Source: Clostridia bacterium (GTDB taxonomy: Bacteria > Bacillota > Clostridia > UMGS1883). Taken from it: a DNA stretch of 64,000 nt. The stretch covers positions 139,029-203,028 of the forward strand of contig JAZQAO010000036.1 of NCBI GenBank assembly GCA_045545295.1, given 5' to 3'. Below, in pieces: positions 28,310 through 39,049 of the stretch; within the stretch, counting starts at the first letter, position 1, and every line of letters begins with the position of its first letter. Below the pieces are notes generated by a model, which saw only the letters and a program-made list of their open reading frames with translations, ran no database searches and was not told the origin of the DNA. The translations under genes were made by a program, and so were the position numbers.

Positions 28310-29770
28310 ATGTCTTTTAAAAATCCCATTTATTTGAAAAAAACCTTTTGCAATCCAATGTCTTTGCCCCAATGCCCAAAGGGAGAGGACGAAGGATGGG
28401 ATGCGATGGAGTACACGGGAGAAAAAGAGCAGGATTATCGCTCGATTTCAGACCCCAGTGTGTTATATTACGACAACAAGTGGTACTTGTACCCAAGCTA
28501 CGGAATGAGCTTTGTTTCGGAAGATTTCGTTACATGGAAGCATGTTCGTTCAACACCATATAATATGAAATACTCGCCCTCTGTAATACCTCACAGAGGA
28601 AAGTTTCTTATGACATCCCATTCAAACGGACTTTATATCGGTGAAACCCCTACAGGACCTTTTGAGTATCTCGGTGATTTTATTATGCCTGATGGCACAG
28701 AGGTGAAGCCTCTTGATTCGGCTCTTTTCAGGGACGACGACGGGCGCATTTATGTGTATTATTTTGATATGACAGAATCTGACGAAAAAGGGTTTTTTAC
28801 CTCTATGTCTATGGGGGTAGAACTTGACGGAGATAATCCTCTCCGTTTTGTGTCGGAGCCTTGTATAATTAATAAATTTGACGAAAATAACTGGTGGGAG
28901 CATAACGGTGCTGACAATCAGGACAGCAAATTCGGTTGGATTGAGGGGCAGTGGATGCTCAAGCATAACGGCAGATACTATATGATTTATTCTGCGCCCG
29001 GCACACAATTCAGGTCTTACTGCATGGCGGCATATTACTCTGACGAAGGACCTCTCAGCGGGTTTATATGTCAAAAAAATAATCCTGTAACAGAGCACCG
29101 TCACGGACTTGTAAGTGGTGCGGGACACGGCAGTATAGCACACGGCCCCGATAATTCACTATGGGCATTTTATACTGTGACGAACGGTGCTGTGCATCCT
29201 TTTGAAAGACGTATAGGGATGGATAGAGTGTATGTTAATTCTGACGGGGAGCTTTATTCAAAAGTAACAGATACTCCTCAGTTTGGCTTTGGTTATGAGG
29301 AAAATCCACATAATACCGACACAGGACTTAAACCCCTTACTTTTATGCACCGTCACCACGTAAAGTCGTCAAGTGCAGAAGAAGGCAGAGGTACTATATA
29401 TGCTTTTGACGAGAGCACACTTACCTGGTGGCAGCCCCTTGCAGAGGATAAGGAGCCTACACTTTATGTAGATATGGGGACAGAGTACATCTGCGAGGCA
29501 TCAAGAATTATGTGGCGCGATGTTAATATGAATTATGAAAAAGGAATTCTTCCCGGTCCGTATAAATATGTTATTGAAGGAAGATTAAGAGCGGGAGAGG
29601 GTGAATGGACAACTCTCCTTGATATGACAGATAACAGTGAAGACTATAATATTGATTACAGAAGCTTTCAGCCCGTTATATGCAGAGAGCTTAGATTAAG
29701 AATAACAGGCTGGCAAGAAGGGATAACACCGGGTGTTGTCAGCTTCACAGTGTTTGGAATACGAGCATAA
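28310..29770 (+). CDS. GH43-like beta-propeller glycosidase with C-terminal F5/8 type C domain
   Basis: ISDPSVLYYDNKWYLYPS, WIEGQWMLKHNGRYYMIYSA and GHGSIAHGPD are GH43-like. The tail WWQP..LYVDMGTEYICEASRIMW...RELRLRITGW is discoidin-like. Confidence 0.6.
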   Translation: MSFKNPIYLKKTFCNPMSLPQCPKGEDEGWDAMEYTGEKEQDYRSISDPSVLYYDNKWYLYPSYGMSFVSEDFVTWKHVRSTPYNMKYSPSVIPHRGKFLMTSHSNGLYIGETPTGPFEYLGDFIMPDGTEVKPLDSALFRDDDGRIYVYYFDMTESDEKGFFTSMSMGVELDGDNPLRFVSEPCIINKFDENNWWEHNGADNQDSKFGWIEGQWMLKHNGRYYMIYSAPGTQFRSYCMAAYYSDEGPLSGFICQKNNPVTEHRHGLVSGAGHGSIAHGPDNSLWAFYTVTNGAVHPFERRIGMDRVYVNSDGELYSKVTDTPQFGFGYEENPHNTDTGLKPLTFMHRHHVKSSSAEEGRGTIYAFDESTLTWWQPLAEDKEPTLYVDMGTEYICEASRIMWRDVNMNYEKGILPGPYKYVIEGRLRAGEGEWTTLLDMTDNSEDYNIDYRSFQPVICRELRLRITGWQEGITPGVVSFTVFGIRA

Positions 29771-29793
29771 AAATATACTAAAGGAGAATATCT

Positions 29794-32700
29794 ATGCTTT
29801 ACAAAAAGAATAATACACAAAAACTTGATAAAAAGCTTTTTAAAAATCCTACTTCAGAATATCGCGGAGCACCCTTCTGGGCATGGAACTGCGAACTTGA
29901 AGAAGACGAGCTTTTGAGGCAAATCGAATATCTTAAAGAAATGGGTATGGGCGGTTTTCATATGCATACACGAAGTGGGATGGAGACAACCTACCTCAGC
30001 GATGAATTTATGAAGCTTGTAAAAAGTTGTGTGAAAAAAGCAAAAAAAGAAGACATGCTCGCATGGCTCTACGATGAAGACCGTTGGCCTTCAGGTGCTG
30101 CAGGCGGTTATGTTACTAAAGACCCAAAATACAGACAGCGCAATCTTCTTTTTACTGTAAATAAACGTGATGATGATCTGGAAAAAGATGATGCTATAGA
30201 AAAAGGTGCTCCCTATTTTATCGGGGCATATGATATTCACCTTGATAAAAATGGCTTCATGACATCATACAAGATGCTAAAAGAAGGGGAAGAAGCAACC
30301 GGAATATGCCGATATGCCTATGTTCTGGCTGAAGAACCCTCCGGATGGTTCAACGGAGAAGCTTATCTTGATACACTCAACCCTGAAGCGGTTAATAAAT
30401 TTATAGAAATAACTCACGAAACTTATAAAAAGGAAGTCGGGGAAGAGTTTGGCAAAACAATCCCCGCAATGTTTACGGACGAACCCCATTTTGCAAAGAA
30501 AGAAACACTCAGCTTTGCTGAAAGTGATGCGGATGTCTGTCTTCCATGGACTCCCGATTTTGACAAAACGTATTTTGATTCTTACGGCATCAGCTTAACA
30601 GAGCATCTTCCGGAGTTGTTCTGGGATTTAGCAGACGGCAAAGTGTCAAAGGTAAGATATTACTATCACGACCACGTGTGTGAAAGATTTACTACGGCAT
30701 ACAGTGACCAGTACGGCAAGTGGTGTCGCGACAACGGCATTTATATGACGGGACATATGTGGGAGGAAAATACTCTCCGCCGTCAGACTGCCGCAATTGG
30801 TGAGGCCATGCGTGCTTACCGCAACTACGGACTTCCCGGAATTGATATGCTCTGTAATTTCAGGGAGTATGACACTGTAAAGCAAGCACAGTCTGCAACA
30901 CGACAGTTTGGTTATGAGGGTGTCCTTTCGGAGCTTTACGGTGTAACAAACTGGGATTTTGATTTCCGCGGACATAAATTTCAAGGAGACTGGCAGGCGG
31001 CAATGGGTGTAACGGCACGTGTGCATCATCTTTCATGGGTTTCTATGAAAGGTGCTGCAAAGCGTGATTATCCCGCATCTATAAATTATCAGTCTCCGTG
31101 GTATAAGGAATACTCTTACATAGAAGACCACTTTGCGCGTCTGGGCACTGTCCTTACAAGAGGTAAATCAAAGGTAAACGTTGGTGTAATCCACCCTGTG
31201 GAAAGCTATTGGATTAACTGGGGTCCTTCGGAAAACACTGCCGACGTGAGAAATCAGCTTGATAAAAACTTTGCAGACGTAATAGAATGGCTTCTTTTCG
31301 GAACAATTGATTTTGACTTTATTTCAGAATCGTGCCTTCCTGATTTGTGTACTGATGTTTCTGACAGAGTTACAGTGGGACAAATGAGCTACAGTGCAAT
31401 TGTTGTCCCCGAATGTATAACACTCAGAAAAACAACAGTTGATATGATTGATAAGTTTATCCAAAAAGGCGGCAAGGTAATTTTCATGGGTGCGTGCCCA
31501 AAATATATTGACGTTGAAGAAAACAGTGATATTGAAAGAATATATAACAGTGCTATCAGAATTCCTTTCAGTAAAAATCCGCTTCTTGATGCACTTTGTG
31601 AGGAAAGAGATATTGAAATCCGCGACGAGTTTGGCGAAATGACAGATCAGTTCTTCTATCAGATGAGAGAGGACAACGACTGCAGCTGGCTCTTTGTAGC
31701 AAATGCACGTCCCGAAACAATGAATATTTTTCTTTCATATAACGGTGCAGAACGTGCTGTCAATACAGTTATCAAAATCAAGGGTGAGCTCGACCTTGAG
31801 CTTTACGACACTTTGACAGGGGATATAAAAGAAATTCCTTATATTCACAAAAATGGTTTTACGGAAATTGATTATGCGTTTTATGCAAATGACAGCCTGC
31901 TTCTCAGATTGACGAAAGCTGCAGGAGAGCCTGCTGTAGCTTACCAGCAGCCTGTGGATGTCTTTGGATGTATTGACTGTAAGCATAAGGTGGAATATAC
32001 CCGTGAAGAAGAAAATGTATGCGTTCTTGACCTTGCAGAATATGCCCTTGATGACGGAGAGCTGCAGCCTACAGAAGAAATCTTCAGAATTGACCGCGAC
32101 CTCAGACAGGACCTTGGCTGGTCCCTTGCTGACGGGCAGGATGTACAGCCCTGGGTTATTGAAAAGGAGAAAATTACGCATTTTGTTACACTTAAATTCA
32201 CCTTTAACAGTGAAGAGGAAATAGAGGGTACATATTTTTGTGCGGAGGAGGTTTCATCCCTTAATCTTAACGCAGAAGAAATAAAACTTGAAGATTGCGG
32301 ATATTTTGTAGATAAGTCAATCAGAAAATATTCTATGCCCAAAATTAGGAAAGGTGAAAATATTCTTATTGCACGTGTACCTTTTGGTAAACGCATAAGC
32401 CTTGAAACCTGTTACCTTATCGGAGATTTTGATGCTTCTGTTGCAGGCTGCGAAATAACCCTTAAAAAACCGTCAGACAAAATAGCCTTCGGCAGTATTA
32501 CAAATCAGGGAATGCCTTTTTATGGCGGCAATCTTACATATCGTATGGAAGTGGAAATTACTGAAGATTGTGATGTTTTAATTAATTCTGCGAAATACAT
32601 AGGCGCACTTCAGAAAGTGTATTTTGACGGGGAAGAAAAAGGTAATATAGCATTTGAGCCATATACTCTTATGCTTGAAAATGTAAAGAAGGGTAAACAT

Positions 32701-32886
32701 ATTCTGGAAATGAAGTTCTTCGGTAACAGAAACAATACCTTCGGAGCACTCCATAACTGCGGTAGAAGCACATGGTACGGCCCTAATTATTGGTATTCCA
32801 CCGAAGACTCCTGGTGTTATGAATATAATTTGAAAAATACAGGTATACTTAAGAGCCCCGTTTTGAAAATGCTAAAAAGGAGATAA
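29794..32886 (+). CDS. Large glycoside hydrolase, GH106-like (possible alpha-L-rhamnosidase); family assignment tentative
   Basis: N-terminus YRGAPFWAWNCELEEDELLRQIEYLKEMGMGGFHMHTRSG resembles the FWxWN...GxGG start of GH106 and related enzymes. 1030 aa with no signal peptide. Confidence 0.4.
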   Translation: MLYKKNNTQKLDKKLFKNPTSEYRGAPFWAWNCELEEDELLRQIEYLKEMGMGGFHMHTRSGMETTYLSDEFMKLVKSCVKKAKKEDMLAWLYDEDRWPSGAAGGYVTKDPKYRQRNLLFTVNKRDDDLEKDDAIEKGAPYFIGAYDIHLDKNGFMTSYKMLKEGEEATGICRYAYVLAEEPSGWFNGEAYLDTLNPEAVNKFIEITHETYKKEVGEEFGKTIPAMFTDEPHFAKKETLSFAESDADVCLPWTPDFDKTYFDSYGISLTEHLPELFWDLADGKVSKVRYYYHDHVCERFTTAYSDQYGKWCRDNGIYMTGHMWEENTLRRQTAAIGEAMRAYRNYGLPGIDMLCNFREYDTVKQAQSATRQFGYEGVLSELYGVTNWDFDFRGHKFQGDWQAAMGVTARVHHLSWVSMKGAAKRDYPASINYQSPWYKEYSYIEDHFARLGTVLTRGKSKVNVGVIHPVESYWINWGPSENTADVRNQLDKNFADVIEWLLFGTIDFDFISESCLPDLCTDVSDRVTVGQMSYSAIVVPECITLRKTTVDMIDKFIQKGGKVIFMGACPKYIDVEENSDIERIYNSAIRIPFSKNPLLDALCEERDIEIRDEFGEMTDQFFYQMREDNDCSWLFVANARPETMNIFLSYNGAERAVNTVIKIKGELDLELYDTLTGDIKEIPYIHKNGFTEIDYAFYANDSLLLRLTKAAGEPAVAYQQPVDVFGCIDCKHKVEYTREEENVCVLDLAEYALDDGELQPTEEIFRIDRDLRQDLGWSLADGQDVQPWVIEKEKITHFVTLKFTFNSEEEIEGTYFCAEEVSSLNLNAEEIKLEDCGYFVDKSIRKYSMPKIRKGENILIARVPFGKRISLETCYLIGDFDASVAGCEITLKKPSDKIAFGSITNQGMPFYGGNLTYRMEVEITEDCDVLINSAKYIGALQKVYFDGEEKGNIAFEPYTLMLENVKKGKHILEMKFFGNRNNTFGALHNCGRSTWYGPNYWYSTEDSWCYEYNLKNTGILKSPVLKMLKRR

Positions 32887-32892
32887 ACATAG

Positions 32893-35355
32893 ATGCTATA
32901 TGATAGAACACAGGAAAAATGCGTTTACGGACATTTTAATACTGACGAGAAAGCTTCTTATACACTGACGGACAGACAGGCGCTTAAATCACCGTGGTAC
33001 TACGTCTACAGTAACAGGAAAATTCTGCTGTATGTTGACCAGAACGGTCCGGTAAAAGTACAGTATCAGCCCCCTAACGGAATTCTCGTGATAAAACGCG
33101 AAATGGGCGAAAATCAGAGTAAATGGCAGGTATGGGTACAGTCTGACGACCTAAATGACGGCATTGCGGTCAGTAATTTTGGTGCTCCTGACCTTCGCTA
33201 CGGCAAAAAGACAAATATGGAGGCAAAGTGGACTCCTGAAAAAGCGATTTATACAGTAGAGCACAACAATGCCGATATTATTACCGAGATTTTTGTGCCC
33301 TCAGACAAAGCAACCGTCTGTATGAAAACCACAGTTGTAAATAAAAGTGAAAAGAAAATGAATTTCAATGTACTGCCGTCGATATTTCCTTATGTAAATG
33401 TTCCGCAGATGGTGGCGTGGGACTTACCTGAATGGTATCTTTCTACAACTGTTAAACGTACCGGTGAAATGCTTACTTTCCGCGGTCAGATGAAAGACCC
33501 CGAAATGAAACCGGATGGCGACCGCAGTGTCACATTTAATGTTGATTATGACGAAAATGCACAGATAGAGCTTGATATGGCAGAATTTTGCGGATCGGGA
33601 AATTTCTTCTCTCCTGACAAGGTTACAGGAGGTGAAGAACTCTCGCTTAAAATGAGCGAGGCTGACGGAACTGGTTTCGGAGGATATCAGGCGGTGTATG
33701 CGTCAAAATACAGCTTTACTCTTGAAGCAGGTGAGAAAAAAACTCTGACTCAGGTTTTAACTATTCAGGAGGATTATCACTATAACGATGAGGAAAATCT
33801 GTTTGACAAGGCATATTTTGACGAAAAGCTCTATCAGAAAAGAGTAAAATCCACCAGGGACTTTTATGAAGAATTATTCAGTAAACGTACCGTTAAAACA
33901 CAAAATAAGTTATATGACAATTTTATAAATTACTTCACTCCCCTTGAAATGTTCTGGGTAGGCTCCCTCGACCGTGGATGGCCGTCGTCAATGCGCGGAA
34001 TCCGTGATGCAAGTCAGGATTTTATGGGACTTTTACACCTTGACCCGGCATGGACGCGGGAGATAATACTCGATATGTTCCTTCATCAGCAAAAAGACGG
34101 CTGGATGCCAAGGCAGATAAGCACAGTTTCAAGGACTGCACCTCACGATATGCGATACTACTGTGACGGTGGTGCATTCCTGCTTGAATTAATTCACGAA
34201 TATATGACCTTCACCCGTGATACTTCCATTCTGGAAGAAAAAGTTATGTGGCTTGACAGTGATGAAGAATCAACTGTTCTTGAGCATATAGTCCGCTGTA
34301 CAGAGTTTTATCTTGAAGACAAAAACATCGGAGAACATGGTCTTTGCAAGGTGTGGTACGGAGACTGGTGGGACCCTATGGATAAAATCGGTATGGAAGG
34401 ACGGGGTGAGTCCGTCACTGTAACTGCGCAGATGGTACTTAACCTTAAAAACCTTTCTGATATGTATAATTGGTTGTACGAAAACGGAAAGGTTGATAAA
34501 GTTTATCTGGAACTTTCTGAAAAATATCTTGAAATCCGCAAGACAATGATAGATAATATGCAAAAGCATGCCTATAACTCTGCAGGATTTTTTAACGGAT
34601 ATTTTAACGATAACGGTAAATGGCTTCTCAGTGAAAAAGACCCTGACGGCGAAAAAAGAGTGTATCTTGTGTCAAATGCCTGGGCACTAATTGCGGATTG
34701 TGCAACGGAAGAAATGAAAAAAAGTGTACTGGACAATATCGAAAATGAATGTCTTGGTGTAACAGGATATAACACTAACAGCAAGGGATTCCCTGTGTAC
34801 ATTAATAAAGCAGGCAGAAAAGGTAACGGTTCAAGTCCCGGTGCAAGCTCGTACAACCATGCCCAGAGCTTTTTTGTGCGTGCCTGCTGTGAGTGTGGTG
34901 ACGCAGAAAGAGCATATAACGCGACAAGATATATTCTTCCGATAGAGGAAGAATATCATCCTGTGGAAAAAACTTATGCTCCGCCCTATGCTATAGCAAA
35001 CTGTTACAGTACAAGCGCCAGATTTCCTCACAGGGTAGGTTTTCAGTTCCTTTCGGGAACGGTATCGTATGTGCTCCGAACCGTGTATAATTTCTTTTTT
35101 GGTATTACATTCTGCTATGATGGTCTGCTTCTTAAACCGTGTCTTTCCAAAGAATTCGGTGACTGCGAAGTAAAGTTTACATACCTTGGAAACAGTTTCA
35201 CGGTATATTACAAAAAAACAGACAGCGCTGACAAAAAAGTTATGCTTAACGGTAGTGTATGGAGAACAGAAATTAATGAAAACAGCGGAAAGCAGACAGC
35301 CTTTTTCCCGGATACGGATATCAAGAAAGAAAACACAATAATAGTTGAATATTAA
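32893..35355 (+). CDS. (alpha/alpha)6-barrel glycoside hydrolase or phosphorylase related to GH94 (GT36-like)
   Basis: DGWMPRQIS, WYGDWWDPMDKIGMEGRGESV (compare the DWND...G.GESV block of cellobiose phosphorylases) and SYNHAQSFFVRA. Confidence 0.45.
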   Translation: MLYDRTQEKCVYGHFNTDEKASYTLTDRQALKSPWYYVYSNRKILLYVDQNGPVKVQYQPPNGILVIKREMGENQSKWQVWVQSDDLNDGIAVSNFGAPDLRYGKKTNMEAKWTPEKAIYTVEHNNADIITEIFVPSDKATVCMKTTVVNKSEKKMNFNVLPSIFPYVNVPQMVAWDLPEWYLSTTVKRTGEMLTFRGQMKDPEMKPDGDRSVTFNVDYDENAQIELDMAEFCGSGNFFSPDKVTGGEELSLKMSEADGTGFGGYQAVYASKYSFTLEAGEKKTLTQVLTIQEDYHYNDEENLFDKAYFDEKLYQKRVKSTRDFYEELFSKRTVKTQNKLYDNFINYFTPLEMFWVGSLDRGWPSSMRGIRDASQDFMGLLHLDPAWTREIILDMFLHQQKDGWMPRQISTVSRTAPHDMRYYCDGGAFLLELIHEYMTFTRDTSILEEKVMWLDSDEESTVLEHIVRCTEFYLEDKNIGEHGLCKVWYGDWWDPMDKIGMEGRGESVTVTAQMVLNLKNLSDMYNWLYENGKVDKVYLELSEKYLEIRKTMIDNMQKHAYNSAGFFNGYFNDNGKWLLSEKDPDGEKRVYLVSNAWALIADCATEEMKKSVLDNIENECLGVTGYNTNSKGFPVYINKAGRKGNGSSPGASSYNHAQSFFVRACCECGDAERAYNATRYILPIEEEYHPVEKTYAPPYAIANCYSTSARFPHRVGFQFLSGTVSYVLRTVYNFFFGITFCYDGLLLKPCLSKEFGDCEVKFTYLGNSFTVYYKKTDSADKKVMLNGSVWRTEINENSGKQTAFFPDTDIKKENTIIVEY

Positions 35356-35374
35356 AAGGATATAGGTGACCATA

Positions 35375-37579
35375 ATGTATAAACTTAACTACAACAAAAT
35401 CCCTGCAGAGTGGATTAACGGTCTCCCATTAGGAAATGGAAGACTTGCGGTAATGTACTGGGGTGACGGAAATAGAGACATCCTCTCACTTAACCACGAG
35501 CGTCTCTGGAGTGCAAAATATAAAGGTAAAGAGCCTGAAGTAGTTTATGACAAGCTTCCTATGTTAAGAGATTTTCTTAAGAAAAGAGACTACTTCCGTG
35601 CTACAGTTTTGGCAAATGTTTTCTTTGGTGGCATAGGTGGGGACAGCGGGATTTATCCGGGTAGAATTGATAGCTTCATTCCAGCGGGTAATCTTGTGTT
35701 TGAGCACAGTAAAGAGTTTTCTGACTGTAAAAGTGAGCTTGACATAATAAGCGGAATTGCTGATATTAAACGTGAAAAAAATACGCAAATTAAAATGTTT
35801 TGCGACAGTAATGACGGAAACGTTATGGCTTTGTGGCAAAGCGACAGCGGTATAAGCGGAAAAATGTATTTTGAAAGAACAGCTGACCCTGACGGAAAGT
35901 ATTCTGTAAGCTATACAGGTGGTGCTATAGAATTTATCTGTAGTTTCAGCTGGAATTCAAGCTATGCCGTAAAAGTAAAAATTTGTACTGACGGTATTGT
36001 AAATGCGCAGGACGAAGGAATATATATAGAAAATGCAAAAAAAATTGTTGCAGCTACTAATGTAGTCCTTACAGAAACTGATGAAAGAGATTTCAATCTT
36101 GATTTTGACAATGTTTATAAGGCTCACTCAAAGACCTTCAGCGAATATATGTCAAGAATGAGCTTTTCAATAGAGTCAGAGGATAAAAATATCCCTACAG
36201 ATGAACGCATCAAAAAGATAAGAGCCGGGGAGAGAGATAATAAACTTCAGGAACTTTATTTCCACTACGGAAGGTATCTTATGGCATCATCCTGTATTTG
36301 CGGTACACTTCCTCCAAATCTTCAGGGTAAATGGAACGCAGAAATTAAGCCGCCGTGGCAAAGTGATTATCACCTTGATATCAATCTTCAGATGAACGAA
36401 TGGATGATAGAAGGCGCAAACTTCTCTGAATTTGCACTTCCTCTTGCAGATTTCCTTGTTTCAATGATTCCGGGCGGAAGAAAAGCGGCTAAAAACGTAT
36501 ACGGATGCCGTGGTATATGGCTTTTCCACGGAGCAGACATTTGGGGCGAGCCGACACCGGAATCCTTTGGATATGCTGTATGGGTAGGTTCTGCAGCTTG
36601 GATTGCACAGCCACTCTGGCAGCATTATGTGTATACAGGTGATAAAGATTATCTTAAAAATAAGGCATATAAATTCTTCAAAGAGGTTGCCCTTTTCTAC
36701 GAGGACTTCCTTGAAGAGGATGAAGACGGGGTTATGCAGTTAATGCCCAGCCAGTCCCCTGAAAACAGATTCAAGGGTGCGGGTGCAGTGGTTACTGTTG
36801 GTATATGTACATCAAGCGCTATTGACGTTCAGCTTGCTTATGATGCATTTGGATATGCGATTAATTCTGCACGGATTCTAGGTATTGATGAGGAAGAAGC
36901 TGAGAAGTGGGAAGAACTCAGAAGCAAGCTCCCGCCTTTCAGAATAGGCAGTGACGGAAGACTTATGGAGTGGAACGAGGAATTTGAGGAAGAACAGCCT
37001 GGGCACAAGCATCTTTCTCACCTTTACGGACTTTATCCTTCAGATATTTTCACTCCGGAAGCACGAAAGGCCGAGTATGAAGCTGCAATAAAATCATTTG
37101 AATTCAGAATGGCTAATGAAAGCGGATATACCGGTTGGAGCAGAGCCTGGATTTCGAATATTTATGCAAGAATCGGAAACAAAGAAGGTTTCTATAATCA
37201 GGTGGAAGGTCTTTTAAAGGATTTTGCAACAGAAAGCCTGCTTGATATTCACCCTGACCCCGTAAGACCGGGGGTAGGTCCTGATATATTCCAGATAGAC
37301 GGAAACTTTGGTATGGTGTCGGCTGTAATCGAAGCTCTTTGCGGATATTTTGACGGCAAGGTGCATTTCCTGCGTGCGCTTCCGGACCAGTGGAAAAACG
37401 GACATATCAGCGGTGTAAAGCTTCCCGGCGGACATACAGTTTCCATTGAGTGGAAAAATAGCCTTGTTACAAAACTTACAGTTGCTATGGGATTCAGTGA
37501 AAGTCTGACAGCTGTTATAAACGGAAACGAGACTGTAATAACAGGTAAAATCGGTGAAATTATTGAAATTAATATATAA
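35375..37579 (+). CDS. GH95 alpha-L-fucosidase
   Basis: PAEWINGLPLGNGRLAVMYWG, LQGKWNAEIKPPWQSDYHLDINLQMNEW and FQIDGNFG are hallmark GH95 blocks. The ATG at 35375 is preferred over the GTG at 35366. Confidence 0.8.
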   Translation: MYKLNYNKIPAEWINGLPLGNGRLAVMYWGDGNRDILSLNHERLWSAKYKGKEPEVVYDKLPMLRDFLKKRDYFRATVLANVFFGGIGGDSGIYPGRIDSFIPAGNLVFEHSKEFSDCKSELDIISGIADIKREKNTQIKMFCDSNDGNVMALWQSDSGISGKMYFERTADPDGKYSVSYTGGAIEFICSFSWNSSYAVKVKICTDGIVNAQDEGIYIENAKKIVAATNVVLTETDERDFNLDFDNVYKAHSKTFSEYMSRMSFSIESEDKNIPTDERIKKIRAGERDNKLQELYFHYGRYLMASSCICGTLPPNLQGKWNAEIKPPWQSDYHLDINLQMNEWMIEGANFSEFALPLADFLVSMIPGGRKAAKNVYGCRGIWLFHGADIWGEPTPESFGYAVWVGSAAWIAQPLWQHYVYTGDKDYLKNKAYKFFKEVALFYEDFLEEDEDGVMQLMPSQSPENRFKGAGAVVTVGICTSSAIDVQLAYDAFGYAINSARILGIDEEEAEKWEELRSKLPPFRIGSDGRLMEWNEEFEEEQPGHKHLSHLYGLYPSDIFTPEARKAEYEAAIKSFEFRMANESGYTGWSRAWISNIYARIGNKEGFYNQVEGLLKDFATESLLDIHPDPVRPGVGPDIFQIDGNFGMVSAVIEALCGYFDGKVHFLRALPDQWKNGHISGVKLPGGHTVSIEWKNSLVTKLTVAMGFSESLTAVINGNETVITGKIGEIIEINI

Positions 37580-38824
37580 GAGGTGTAATGTTATACGTTA
37601 TAACGAAGCAAAAGAAATCTATGCCCGTCTGGGTGTAAATGCAGAAAAAGCAATTGAGGTAGTTAAGAATTTCCCTATTTCCATGCACTGCTGGCAGGGA
37701 GATGACGTAATCGGCTTTGACAGCATCGGTTCTCTTACAGGTGGTATCCAGACAACCGGTAACTATCCCGGTCGTGCTACTACGCCCGAAGAATTAATGG
37801 CGGATATTGACAAGACAATGAGCCTTATTCCCGGTAAAAAGAAAATTAATGTTCATGCCTGCTATGCAGTATTTAACGGAAATAAAGCAGACAGAGATGC
37901 CCTTAAGCCTGAACACTTCAAGGCTTGGGTAGACTTTGCAAAGGAGAGAGGAATGGGACTTGACTTTAACCCCACATTCTTCTCACATGCAATGATAAAG
38001 GATAACCTTACTCTTTTTCCCCTGATGAAGAAGTGAGAAAGTTCTGGGTAGAACACGGCAAAAGATGTGTTGAAATATCACAGTACTTTGCAGAAGAAAC
38101 AGGTATTCCCTGTGTAATGAATATATGGATTCCCGACGGCTACAAGGATATTCCTGCAGACAGACTCGGACCGAGAGAAAGATTCAAGAAATCACTTGAC
38201 GAAATCCTTTCAATTCCTTACGACAAGGAAAAAGTGTATGTATGCCTTGAATCAAAGGTGTTCGGTATTGGCATGGAATCCTACACAGTAGGAAGTGCAG
38301 AATTCTGCCTTAACTATGTAAATCAGAAGGGTATCACACCCCTTATGGATAACGGTCATTATCATCCCACAGAAGTGGTATCCGATAAGATTGCAGCAAT
38401 GCTTCCCTTCCACGAAAAGATTGCTCTTCACGTAACACGTGGCGTAAGATGGGACAGTGACCACGTAGTTCTGTTTGATGACGAAACAAAGGAAATTGCC
38501 AAGGAAATCGTACACCACGATGCCCTTGACCGAGTGTTCATTGCAACAGACTACTTTGATGCATCAATAAACAGAATTTCAGCTTGGGTAACAGGTATGA
38601 GAAGTGTGCAGAAAGCACTGCTTAATGCGCTCCTTCAGCCTGTTGATACTCTTAAATCACTTCAGAATGAGGGAAGACTTACAGAGCTTATAGTGCTTCA
38701 GGAAGAACTCAAGACAGCACCCTTTGGTGATGTATGGGAAGAATATCTTAATCACGAAAATGTAAGCGCAAACTACATAGATGAAGTATTAAAGTATGAG
38801 AAAGAAGTTCTTTCTAGACGATAA
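37554..38824 (+). pseudogene. rhaA: L-rhamnose isomerase split into two frames (apparent 1-nt loss in a T5C4 tract at 38014-38022)
   Basis: ORFs 37554..38036 and 38033..38824 together are colinear with RhaA: PISMHCWQGDDV, GGIQTTGNYPG, NPTFFSH | FWVEHGKRC, MNIWIPDGYKD, HYHPTEVVSDKI, RWDSDHVV. Adding one base in the tract gives TLFSPDEEVRKFW. The N-terminal start is also ambiguous: the ATG at 37588 after AAGAGG is in a different frame. Confidence 0.8.
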
Positions 38825-38859
38825 TTTGGGTACAGATTTATATGAATAGAGGCATTAGT

Positions 38860-38993
38860 ATGAAAATGACTTTCCGTTGGTACGGAAGCGACGATTCAAT
38901 AACCCTTGACTACATAAGACAGATTCCCTTTATGACAGAGCCTTAGGTGCAATGTATATGGCAGGTATATGGGAAACATTGGACAAAATGTAA
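38860..38993 (+). pseudogene. uxuA: Mannonate dehydratase remnant: N-terminal ~24 codons joined to the C-terminal ~16 codons, with ~1 kb of interior missing
   Basis: RBS AGAGG is followed by MKMTFRWYGSDDSITLDYIRQIP (the UxuA N-terminus), then a stop. An offset frame reads LGAMYMAGIWETLDKM*, which resembles a UxuA C-terminus. Confidence 0.7.
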
Positions 38994-39049
38994 TTTTTTC
39001 CAATGTTTCCCGAATGCGGAATTAAGAATACGGAATGAGGAATTATATA

